NCBI GenBank assembly: GCA_027036135.1 | Contig: JALVSY010000030.1 | Coordinates: 96,001-160,000 of the forward strand | DNA from: Pyrodictiaceae archaeon | GTDB lineage: Archaea; Thermoproteota; Thermoprotei_A; Sulfolobales; Pyrodictiaceae | Direction: 5' to 3' | DNA: 64,000 bases | Shown here: piece after piece, positions 50,215 through 59,660 of the stretch | Numbering within the stretch: the first letter of the stretch is position 1 | Layout: every line of letters starts with the position of its first letter | Notes under the pieces: generated by a model | Told to the model about the DNA's origin: nothing | Seen by the model: only the letters and a program-made list of their open reading frames with translations | Databases searched by the model: none | Program-made: the position numbers and the translations under genes

Positions 50215-51120
50215 CTCCTCGAGGCACCCGATTACCCTCCCTACTACTTGGTGCGCTGACTCGCCAAAGACGTATATCACTGGCTCGAGTCCGTAACCAC
50301 CTTTATCGGCTATGATATCTACTGGTGCATTATGTGAATTAATTATTTCTTCTATATTTCTTAGCAATTCGTCAGGGCTGCTATGAGGCCCGGAGAAGAG
50401 GACCACTAATCCCCTCTTTTTAAAGAAGTCTATGCATTTATCATTATACGCTATCACCATAGCTGCGCGCTTCCTAGGCCACTTCCTATGAACCGTTAGA
50501 AGTACTTGTGCAGTATGCCTGCTTCCCCCATAGACAGGTGAGCCTATTGTAACTACTTGTTTTCCTGCCTTAATTATCCCGCCAGTAAGCCCCACAACAT
50601 CCGAGACAGAGCTAGCACCATGCCTTACCGCTACTATATTAGAGCCAACATTGGGTACAACCATGTATGCTTTTGGATGCTGTGTAAACGCCTTTATAGC
50701 CTCCTCAACCTCTGCTACTACTATATCTTTTGATGGCGCAAAGGCTTGACGACATATATCACAGCCGAGCGGCAACCTAGGCTCTATCGCTCTATGAAAC
50801 TTACAGAGGTCCCCACGAGCCAGTACCGAGTTTACATAGCTGGTAAATGCACTGTAGTACTCCAGTATACTACCTCTTTCGAGTAAGGCAGATAAGAGAT
50901 CAATAATGCTCTTCGCCTCAACTATACTAAGGCCATACTTCTCCAGCTCGCCAAATAAGCTTTCTTTGCTGCGTCTAAGATACTTGCTCACCATTGGCTG
51001 TGACACGCCTAATAAACGCGCTATTCTCTCTTGGCTAAACCCTCTAGATGCAAGCTTATGTGCAATAAGCGCTTTGATTACTGGTGCAATGTATTTTGCT
51101 ACTAGCTCGTGCGGCAGCAA
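50209..51120 (-). CDS. thiR: HTH plus ThiN-domain thiamine regulator (ThiR-like)
   Basis: SQERIARLLGVSQPMVSKYL, P.VGSNI, GGSRH.A, GGYGLEP. Confidence 0.8.
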   Translation of the reverse strand: MLPHELVAKYIAPVIKALIAHKLASRGFSQERIARLLGVSQPMVSKYLRRSKESLFGELEKYGLSIVEAKSIIDLLSALLERGSILEYYSAFTSYVNSVLARGDLCKFHRAIEPRLPLGCDICRQAFAPSKDIVVAEVEEAIKAFTQHPKAYMVVPNVGSNIVAVRHGASSVSDVVGLTGGIIKAGKQVVTIGSPVYGGSRHTAQVLLTVHRKWPRKRAAMVIAYNDKCIDFFKKRGLVVLFSGPHSSPDELLRNIEEIINSHNAPVDIIADKGGYGLEPVIYVFGESAHQVVGRVIGCLEEL

Positions 51121-51268
51121 TGTAGCCCTCTCCTACCCCTACCAATACTTATGGAACTGTATGTTATGTGGTTCATAAAAACATTACTCCTATTAAGCAT
51201 CTACTCCATGCTATAAATTATGATAACCGTAATAGCGAAAATGCCCCGAGAACGGTGTTGAACCAATA

Positions 51269-52549
51269 GTGACTAAAAGCGGCACAACCCTCGTAAAGAA
51301 CAAGGGGTTTTCCTTGAGCCGGGTTCTCGGTAGGAAGGACTTAGATGAACTAAAGGACTACATTATTAGTCTTTATTCAAAATTTATCCCAGTAAAAGCA
51401 TTACCACCCGAGCTAGGAGGCGAGGGAGAGGCTAGAAGAGCAGAGATTCTAGAGGGGGAGCTAAGAGGACTTGGGCTCGAGGTAGAGCGCGTAGATGCTC
51501 CCGATGACAGAGTCCCAGATGGCTATAGACCGAATATAGCGGCCTTGCTAAGAGGGAAGCAAGGCAATAAGACTCTTTGGATAGTTGCTCACATGGATAC
51601 TGTTCCCGAAGGCGACATATCTCTTTGGAAGTACCCGCCGTATAAGGTGACTATCGAGGGTGACTACATTTACGGCAGAGGAGTAGAGGATGATGGCCAG
51701 GCAATAGTACTTGCACTCGGTGCTGCAAAGTACCTTGTTGAAAAAGGAGAGAAGCCGCGCATTAACCTAGGCATAGCATTTGTTAGCGATGAGGAGGTTG
51801 GAAGCCGTTATGGACTCCTATATTTGTTAAAGAAGGATATTTTTACGAGGTATAGCGAAGAAAACTATTTCCTCGTCCCCGATGCCGGCAGCCCCGATGG
51901 CTCAAAGGTAATAGTTGCAGAGAAACACATACTTCACTTCAAGGTAACAGTGAGGGGTAAACAAGCACATGCAAGCATGCCTCATGCGGGATTGAATGCG
52001 CATCGTCTTGGAATGATATTTAACCTAGGTCTCGACGAGGTTATTCACTCAACGCTCAGAGAGCACGATGATCTTTATGATCCTCCTGTGTCAACTTGTG
52101 AGCCCACCCGTAAAGAGGAAAATGTAGGCAATATCAACACTATCCCTGGGACTGACATCGTCTACTGGGACTGTAGAATACTCCCAAAAAGAGACATTAA
52201 AGACGTGGTAGAGACGCTGAAGTCTTATGCCTATTACTTTAGCTCGAGGACTGGTGCAAAAGTAGAGATAGACATACTAGGCTACGATGATGCAGGTGAG
52301 CCAACAAGCCTAGATAATGTCTTTGTAAAGAACTTTTTAGCATCAATAGAGGAGACTAGGGGCGTAAAACCAAAAGCCATCGGAATCGGGGGAGGCACTG
52401 TTGCTCGATACTTACGTAAACAAGGCTATCCTGCAATAGTATGGATGACTTGCGATGAAACTGCCCATCAACCTAATGAGTATACGAGGCTAAGCTATAT
52501 ACTGGCCGATATCGAGACCGTGCTCTACTACTTGTTAAGGAAGGCATAA
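51269..52549 (+). CDS. M20 metallopeptidase (DapE/ArgE-like)
   Basis: AHMDTVP, GRGVEDD, DEE, GKQAHAS, AHQPNE. Confidence 0.93.
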   Translation: MTKSGTTLVKNKGFSLSRVLGRKDLDELKDYIISLYSKFIPVKALPPELGGEGEARRAEILEGELRGLGLEVERVDAPDDRVPDGYRPNIAALLRGKQGNKTLWIVAHMDTVPEGDISLWKYPPYKVTIEGDYIYGRGVEDDGQAIVLALGAAKYLVEKGEKPRINLGIAFVSDEEVGSRYGLLYLLKKDIFTRYSEENYFLVPDAGSPDGSKVIVAEKHILHFKVTVRGKQAHASMPHAGLNAHRLGMIFNLGLDEVIHSTLREHDDLYDPPVSTCEPTRKEENVGNINTIPGTDIVYWDCRILPKRDIKDVVETLKSYAYYFSSRTGAKVEIDILGYDDAGEPTSLDNVFVKNFLASIEETRGVKPKAIGIGGGTVARYLRKQGYPAIVWMTCDETAHQPNEYTRLSYILADIETVLYYLLRKA

Positions 52550-52564
52550 ACTTCTCGGCACAAG

Positions 52565-53104
52565 TTGCAAGGAGGGACATTCCTAATGCCAAGACCGAGG
52601 CTTAGTCTAGGAAAATACTTCACTATTCCTTACTCTGTGTTTGAGATGTTGATGCAGATGCGGGGAGCAATTGACCCTGATAGTGGCCAGATAGTTTGTC
52701 ACTTCCTAGACTTAGGGGTAACAGTACTTGATACAGAAGGTGGCTCTGTCCCATTCATAGTAATTGATGGCTGCTTATTCGCGACATTTGGCAAGGAGAA
52801 CATCGAGAACATACTTGGTGCCGAAGCCGCTGTGGAAGTGGATAATATACGTGTTGATAGAGGAAGGATTGTGTTCGGTGATGTTGAGATAGATAATTAT
52901 TGGGGTCCTATAGCTCTAGCCTTTGCTGCCGAGACAGGTGCTCCTATAAAAACCTATAAGCTATACATAGACGTTGATGGCAAGGAGGCACCGATTGCAG
53001 CGATACTGGTTGAGAACACCGACGCAGGCCCAATGCTTATACTAATACCCAGGAGCTGTGAGTACGTAGAGGAAGGCGAGGAGAAGCCATTAACTCATCT
53101 CTAG
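52565..53104 (+). CDS. Hypothetical protein
   Basis: Clean ORF; GGAGG Shine-Dalgarno before ATG 52586; no motif recognised. Confidence 0.7.
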   Translation: MQGGTFLMPRPRLSLGKYFTIPYSVFEMLMQMRGAIDPDSGQIVCHFLDLGVTVLDTEGGSVPFIVIDGCLFATFGKENIENILGAEAAVEVDNIRVDRGRIVFGDVEIDNYWGPIALAFAAETGAPIKTYKLYIDVDGKEAPIAAILVENTDAGPMLILIPRSCEYVEEGEEKPLTHL

Positions 53105-53106
53105 CA

Positions 53107-53907
53107 CTATTTCCCGGGGCACTCGTTGCACTCACATAGTGTTCGTAGAGCTTCTGCCTCTACTGGGTGTAATCGAGGAGCAGTTACTATAAGACTATGA
53201 GGTGGCGAGGGAAACTCCTCTTCTAGTAACGTGCTTGGCTTACCAGCCTTGCACTTGGCGTCGGGAAGACCTGCACGTGCAACACCGACCAGTATAGCGG
53301 ATACTATACGAGGCTCCACTCTTCTTTCGGCTGCTAGTTCGTCCTCGAGTCTTAGCAATATCTCTACGGCTTCGTTTATCGTCATAGCCCTGTTCTCGTC
53401 GAGGCGTAGGTCAAGCAACACAAGGCTGTGAAGATTCCTAGCCATGTTATCCCATATGGTTTCTACGACGCTAAACGGCTTGAAAGCCTCCGGGTATACG
53501 AGTGTTATAGGGTGACAAAACTTGTAGAACTGGAGCCCAGTAGCATCTATTACAGCTTGTATACCGGAGACACCGGGGACTACCTCCACGTCAACACCTT
53601 TACTCACAGCCTCGAGAACGAGAGAGACATGAGTTGTAGCGAATAAGGGATCCCCCGGAACCAGTAAAACAACGTTAAGCATCTTAGCTTCCTCTATGAT
53701 CCTATGAGACTCGTTTTCGAGAAGCTTCCTACTAGCATGAATTACCTCGGCACCAGGGGCATAGACCTCAACATTGCTTCTTTCAAGGCCGGGAGCTATG
53801 CTTGTATAAGTATCTATGTAGACCTTGTCGGCACGTTTCAGTAACTCTATGGCTTTAAGGCTCAAATACTCTATTGAAGGGCCTGCACCTACAACATATA
53901 GCGCCAA
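53107..53907 (-). CDS. dph5: Diphthine synthase
   Basis: DTYTS, GDPLFATTH, GLQFYKF, N..RNLHSLVLLD, PPHSLI. Confidence 0.95.
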   Translation of the reverse strand: MALYVVGAGPSIEYLSLKAIELLKRADKVYIDTYTSIAPGLERSNVEVYAPGAEVIHASRKLLENESHRIIEEAKMLNVVLLVPGDPLFATTHVSLVLEAVSKGVDVEVVPGVSGIQAVIDATGLQFYKFCHPITLVYPEAFKPFSVVETIWDNMARNLHSLVLLDLRLDENRAMTINEAVEILLRLEDELAAERRVEPRIVSAILVGVARAGLPDAKCKAGKPSTLLEEEFPSPPHSLIVTAPRLHPVEAEALRTLCECNECPGK

Positions 53908-53988
53908 GCTGTGCCTACCCTGTTACGCCCTATGTGCCAGCTGAGTAAAAATATGGAGAGCTACCGGGAGAACCTTGGTAGGAAGAGG

Positions 53989-54687
53989 ATGCGTCCCCGT
54001 CTCCTAGACCTTGTAGAAAAAGAGAGGCCCGTTCTACAAGTAGCTCTAGACTATACGAATCTCGAGGAAGCTCTGCGCCTTGCAACTGCTCTGCATAGGG
54101 AGCTGGGCGAGCATGCATGGATAGCAGAAGCTGGCACCCCCTTGATAAAAGCCGAGGGTATGAAGTCTGTGAGATTGCTCCATGCAAGCATTGACCCAGT
54201 GCACGTGATTGCTGATACAAAGACAGCTGATACAGGAGAGCTTGAAATAGGGCTTGCAGCCAATGCCGGAGCAAGCGCAGCAACAGTGCTAGCATGCACC
54301 CTTAATGAAACCATAGAAGCAGCTATAAGAGAGGCCCATAGCAGGGGTATAGCATTAGCCGCTGACATGATAGCAGTAAAGAATATCGAAGAAAGAGCAG
54401 AGCAGCTAGAATCACTAGGTGTTGATATAATCGAGCTCCACATAGGCATAGATGCACAAAGAGCCCTCGGAATGACAGCAGGAGACCTTGTCGAGCTAGT
54501 TAGAAAGCTATCAAAAAGACTCAAGCCCTACCTCGCAGTCGCTGGCGGAATAAACAAGAATACTGCACCGCAACTAGCTGAAGCAGGAGCAGACATAGTC
54601 ATTGTGGGAGGCGCAATAACCAAGAGCATAGACCCCGTAAGAGCAGCGAGAGATATCATCCACGCAATTAAGCGGAAACGGCAATAA
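53989..54687 (+). CDS. hxlA: 3-hexulose-6-phosphate synthase
   Basis: LQVALD, EAGTPLIK.EG, ADTKT.D.G, HIGIDAQ, VAGGI, VGGAITK. Confidence 0.9.
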   Translation: MRPRLLDLVEKERPVLQVALDYTNLEEALRLATALHRELGEHAWIAEAGTPLIKAEGMKSVRLLHASIDPVHVIADTKTADTGELEIGLAANAGASAATVLACTLNETIEAAIREAHSRGIALAADMIAVKNIEERAEQLESLGVDIIELHIGIDAQRALGMTAGDLVELVRKLSKRLKPYLAVAGGINKNTAPQLAEAGADIVIVGGAITKSIDPVRAARDIIHAIKRKRQ

Positions 54688-54749
54688 AGACTTAACCCGG
54701 TAACCCCACGAGATTATTACCTATAAAATTGGAGCCCCTTTGGAGGGGC

Positions 54750-54827
54750 GGGCCCGTCGTCTAGCCTGGTTAGGACGCCGCCCTGACACGGCGGAGGTCC
54801 GGGGTTCAAATCCCCGCGGGCCCACCA
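54750..54827 (+). tRNA. tRNA-Val(GAC), CCA encoded
   Basis: Identical to the tRNA at 12686-12763 except at anticodon position 34. Confidence 0.97.
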
Positions 54828-54983
54828 CTTATTACCTAGTTCTAGGGAGCCCTGCCATCATTTGTCATTATGTAGATTTGGTAGATACTACTAAGAGATA
54901 ATCCTTTGCCAAAACTCGTTAATACCTTCATGACTTTCCCCCTTCTTGGATAGGGCTTCCCCGTGCAGTAAGGTGTCTATACT

Positions 54984-56886
54984 TTGGTTAGGGAAAGACT
55001 AATTGAAGAGGAATACGATTACCTCAGTGTTTTAGAGAAAGTTATGGATAAAGGAATGCTTGGAAAGCTCCTAAGGATTAATGACTCGGAGCTACATAGA
55101 TGGATAGCTGATATAGTGAAGGTTGCGCAGCCAAGATCCGTTTACTTGATTACGGGCAGCGAGGAGGACTTCGAATATGTGCGTCGAGCTGCTATAAGGA
55201 ATCGTGAGGAAATACCGAGTAAGTACCCGAGGCACACTGTCCACTTCGATGGACCACACGATATTGCTAGGGATAGGAAGAATACGAGAATACTCTATCC
55301 AGGTGGAAAGGAGATTCCATTCATAAATACCCTTGATAGAGAGACTGGGCTTAGGGAGATAAAGAGCATAATCCCAGGCATGATGAAAGGGAGAGAGATG
55401 TTTGTTGGATTCTATTGCTTCGGGCCAAAGCACTCACCCTTCACCATGCACGCTGTACAGGTAACAGACTCCGCCTATGTCGAGCATAATGAGAACCTAC
55501 TATACCGCGTATGCTACGACGAGTTCGTGGAGAAAGCACCCAACTTGCACTATGCGCGTTTCCTCCACGCTACTGGCGAGAGAGACGAGCACGGCTGGGT
55601 AAAGAACATTGACAAGAGACGGATATACATAGACCTCATTGACTACACGGTGTACAGTGTTAATACCCAGTACGGCGGAAATACTATAGGCTTAAAGAAA
55701 CCCATGTTCAGGCTATGTATATACAAGGGTAGCCTCGAGGGCTGGCTATGCGAACACATGTTTATAGCAGGCATAAAGGGGCCAGGTGACAGAATAACGT
55801 ATTTCACCGGAGCATTCCCAGCCGGATGCGGTAAGACATCAACAACGTTCGCATCAGACACTGTTGTCGGAGACGACTTAGCCATAATAAAGCCATATAA
55901 CGGCGAGCCACGAGCCACGAACCCAGAGAAAGGCATGTTCGGCATAATTGATGGAGTTAACCCACGAGATGACCCAGCAACTCTATCGAATACTGACTAA
56001 CCCCGAATACGAGATAGTGTTCTCTAATGTTCTACTGACGAAGGATGGAGAAGTCTGGTGGAATGGCAAGGAGGGGGAACCGAGGCCCGGAATAAACTTT
56101 GCTGGCGAATGGTGGCCCGGAAAGAGAGATGAGAACGGCAACGAGATATCACCATCACACCCCAATGCAAGGTTTACGATACAGCTCGAGTACCTCGAAA
56201 GACTCGATCCCAGGTATAATGATCCTCATGGCGTCCCGGTAGGTGCAATGATATTTGGCGGACGCGATCCCGATACATGGGTCCCCGTGGAGGAGTCTTT
56301 CGACTGGATGCACGGCGTTATAACCAAGGCAGCTGCCCTAGAGTCGCAGAAAACTGCTGCAGTCCTAGGCAAGGCTGGCAAACTGGAGTTCAATCCCTTC
56401 GCGATACTCGATTTCCTACCAATATCCGTAGGAGCCTTCATAAAACTTCACCTAGATTTCGCGAAAAAGGTTGAGAAGCTACCAAGAATATTTGGGGTAA
56501 ACTACTTCCTTAAAGACGAGAAAGGAAACTATATCGCAGACAAGGTCGATAAAAGAGTATGGCTAAAATGGATGGAGCTAAGGGTGCACAACGAGGTAGA
56601 AGCACTAAGAACGTCAACAGGTCTTATACCAGTATACGATGACCTAGTAGAACTCTTCCGCAAACACCTAGACAAAGAATACTCTGAGGAACGCTACGAG
56701 AAGGAATTCGCCACTAGGATACCCCAGCACCTAGCAAAGATAGAGCGCATATGGAAGATCTACGAGGAGATACCAGACACGCCAAAGATACTCTTTGATG
56801 TCCTTCTAGAGCAGAAAAGGAGACTGAAAGAAGCCCAGAACAAGTGGGGCAACATAGTTTCGCCATTCAAGTACGATAAGGCATAA
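54984..56886 (+). CDS. pckG: GTP-dependent PEP carboxykinase, split by a frameshift at ~55977
   Basis: QYGGN..GLKK, WLCEHM, GAFPAGCGKT, GDD, NPEKG.FG in ORF1; HPNARF, FGGRD, FGVNYF in ORF2. Junction DDP/QLYRIL. Confidence 0.9.
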
Positions 56887-56992
56887 AATCTATTTATTAA
56901 CGTTTTTATACTATAATATACTAGAATCACTTTTAACAAAAACACAATAACCAATACCTTTACCCTGAGTATATAAAAGATAATAAAGTACA

Positions 56993-57077
56993 GGCTCCGT
57001 GATGCGGGGCTCTACCCATCCCCTCCCGAAAGGGGAGGGTCGTTAGCCGGGTCTCCGGGGTACTTCTTCACAGCCCG
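56993..57077. other. GC-rich hairpin element (IS200/IS605-end-like remnant or extended C/D-like RNA)
   Basis: CCCTCCC-GAAAG-GGGAGGG hairpin in an AT-rich convergent intergenic region. Minus strand has GGCT-GTGAAGA...CGGA-GCC. Confidence 0.4.
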
Positions 57078-57132
57078 TGTAGTAAAATGTTCCTCGAAAA
57101 CTATGTTATTATTTGCCTTTAATTAGGCTTCG

Positions 57133-57840
57133 TTACTTCTTTAGTATTATCCTCACGTCTACTGCGAGTGCGCCCTTGCCTTTCTCGTAGCTTAGTATCG
57201 GGTTTAGATCCATTTCGTTTATTTCTGGGTTTTCTTTCATTAGGTTTTGCACTGCCATGATTATCTTTATTAGCGAGTCTATGTCTCGTGGAGCTATATT
57301 CCTATACCCTCTAATTATCTTATATGCCTTGACTTCCTTTATCATTTCTTCGGCATCTTGTTCGCTGAAGGGGACTACTCTGAAGCTTACATCCTTGAAA
57401 ACTTCTATGAAGATACCACCCAGGCCGAACATTATTGCTGGGCCGAAGACGGGGTCCCTTATTGCACCGACTACTACTTCTATTGCACCTTTCGGTGCCA
57501 TTTTTTGTACAAGGATTCCTGTTATTCGTGCATCCGGGACGTGTTTTTTCACATTATTTATTATCTCGCTGAAGGCCTTTCGTACTTCGTCGGGGGTCGT
57601 GAGTCCTACTATTACGCCGCCTACATCGCTCTTGTGCACTATGTCTGGGCTAACGATTTTGAGTACTACTGGGTATCCTATTTTCTCCGCTATTTCTACT
57701 GCCTCGTCAGCTGTCTGGGCTAGACCGTATCCGGGGACTGGTACACCGTAGGCCTCTACGAGGGATAGGGCTTCGTGCTCGAGAAGCTTTGTTCTATTCT
57801 CTTGTAGTGCTTTTTCTATAATTTCACGAGGACTAGGCAA
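57133..57840 (-). CDS. ADP-forming acyl-CoA synthetase beta subunit (ATP-grasp)
   Basis: GYPVVLKIVSPDIVHKSDVGGV, DPVFGP..MFGLGG, DLNP. Confidence 0.95.
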   Translation of the reverse strand: MPSPREIIEKALQENRTKLLEHEALSLVEAYGVPVPGYGLAQTADEAVEIAEKIGYPVVLKIVSPDIVHKSDVGGVIVGLTTPDEVRKAFSEIINNVKKHVPDARITGILVQKMAPKGAIEVVVGAIRDPVFGPAIMFGLGGIFIEVFKDVSFRVVPFSEQDAEEMIKEVKAYKIIRGYRNIAPRDIDSLIKIIMAVQNLMKENPEINEMDLNPILSYEKGKGALAVDVRIILKK

Positions 57841-57990
57841 AGCTAGGTGCCTCCACTGCTTAGGTCTCGCCAGGTATCACTGGTACTAGGCGTGCTGAAT
57901 TAATTAGGTTTAGCCGGGGAATACATCCGGACAAAAATACTCCCGGAAATTATATAGTGAAAATATATACAGTTATTGAGGAGACCCTCG

Positions 57991-58656
57991 TTACAATCTT
58001 TGTGTCGAATTATCTATATAGAGAAGGAGTTCAATTGTCTTTACCAATACGTAGATATAGCCCAGTGCAGCAATAGAGGCTAGCGCCCATAGCGGCTTAT
58101 TTAGCAATCCGAAGAGGAATACTAGGAATAGTCGCACGTCTCTACTCGCTATCCCAGGTACTCTACCTACTAGGACCGGATGTTTACCGGATATTTTCTC
58201 GCCCACACAATGCACATATGTTACCAATAGATCCCCGCTCATCGCAAGCAACGACAAAGTTGCCACAAGCACTGTAGGTGCGCCTTCGAGTAGAGCTGCT
58301 ATAGAAAGACCAACTATTACTGCTATATCTGCTAGGCGGTCAAGCATTGTGTCGAAAAGTGCTCCGCCTCGGCTCTGTTTATTGAGCGCCCTCGCGATCT
58401 CGCCGTCAACGCCATCGAGGATCGAGCCTAGCTGGACAAGCACGGCACCTAACCATGCTGGCCCTATCGCTAGAAATAAGCCGCCCAAGGCGGTTACTAG
58501 CGCTGAGATTATACTAACTGTGTCTGGGCTAGGCGGGTTATCTAGCCTTACTAATAACTTTGTAATTCTTGTTGACACCTTCCTATTAATATACCTGGAC
58601 ACTATGCCGTCGGTTGACTTTCTTAGCTGCTTATCTACGTAACCACTCAAGGACAT
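57991..58656 (-). CDS. CDP-alcohol phosphotransferase, probable di-myo-inositol-phosphate phosphate synthase
   Basis: DG.VSRYINRK.S, DGVDGEIAR...G..FD..LDR, ASRDVR. Confidence 0.85.
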   Translation of the reverse strand: MSLSGYVDKQLRKSTDGIVSRYINRKVSTRITKLLVRLDNPPSPDTVSIISALVTALGGLFLAIGPAWLGAVLVQLGSILDGVDGEIARALNKQSRGGALFDTMLDRLADIAVIVGLSIAALLEGAPTVLVATLSLLAMSGDLLVTYVHCVGEKISGKHPVLVGRVPGIASRDVRLFLVFLFGLLNKPLWALASIAALGYIYVLVKTIELLLYIDNSTQRL

Positions 58657-59383
58657 GGATTACCACCTCACGTCGCTTGCCTTTTTCTATTTCTTCTATA
58701 TCGGATACCGTGTCTACCTCTGTCCAGGGGAGCGAAGTGAACTCCGCTACGCCTAGTTTGTCCGTCTTCGCTAGGTTATTAGTTATCTCGTTTAGCTTTA
58801 TGACGGGCCTCGATATTAGTGATGTATTAGCTATGGTCCGGAGTATCTTAATTGGGTGAACTAAGTGTACACCGCTATCGATGTGGCTCCAGTACTGAAT
58901 ATTCTTGCCCACGGAGAAGCCTTGGAACCCGTTACTGGTTAGCTTCGTGGCCTCGTCTACCGCTATGAAGCGTGGAAACTTATCACCTGCTATAACATAG
59001 GGAAATGTATTTATTCTATCCATTAGCTTAGATGGTATATAAGCTGAGTAAATATGATCGCTCATGGACACATATGAATACTCTTCAAGAAAGCAGCTAG
59101 TTAAGCCTAGTAATAAGCTGAATCCATTCTCCTTCTCTGGCTTATCGTTTAGAACAATAATCGTTGAGCCCGGCCCAAGGATACTCTGAGATATTAGCTT
59201 TAATTCGTCTGCTATTCCCCGCCTAGTAACAATACATACCTCATCCACACCAAGGCTATGAAGAACAGATAAAGGATACCAGATCAGTGGATACCCGCTT
59301 ATTCTTAGAAGCTGCTTAGGCTTACCGATGCGACGACTAAGCCCAGCTGCGAGCACCAAGGCTCTCCTTATCAACCCTGTCAC
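58631..59383 (-). CDS. NTP transferase, probable inositol-1-phosphate cytidylyltransferase
   Basis: LAAGLSRR, PK, ENGFSL, MSDH, DSG, W.EVDT; coupled to the DIPPS-like gene. Confidence 0.82.
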   Translation of the reverse strand: MTGLIRRALVLAAGLSRRIGKPKQLLRISGYPLIWYPLSVLHSLGVDEVCIVTRRGIADELKLISQSILGPGSTIIVLNDKPEKENGFSLLLGLTSCFLEEYSYVSMSDHIYSAYIPSKLMDRINTFPYVIAGDKFPRFIAVDEATKLTSNGFQGFSVGKNIQYWSHIDSGVHLVHPIKILRTIANTSLISRPVIKLNEITNNLAKTDKLGVAEFTSLPWTEVDTVSDIEEIEKGKRREVVIHVLEWLRR

Positions 59384-59660
59384 CTCCGTTAACGAGATAT
59401 AGGGCTACAATCAATGACGCGGAATAATCCCTACCAATACATAATGCATCGCGGTAAGACAATTGCCGGGGATAGGAGGGGTCGCCTTCGCTGGGCTTCA
59501 GCACGAATCGTTATGCCTAGTTCTAAGTGTCGGTGGTTTCGCTCATCCCCTAAAAGCTTACCCTTACTTGATTCAAGCTTATATTGAGGCTTAGCTATAC
59601 CTGTATAGGTTAAGGAACAACTAGTAATTAATCAAGGCTGACTAAAATAGTGTAGGGTTT

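Noticed and set aside
59493-59550. Possible minus-strand C/D sRNA (ATGAGC...CCGA...CTGA)
   Set aside because: The first guide is too short, there is no C' box and no target was recognised.
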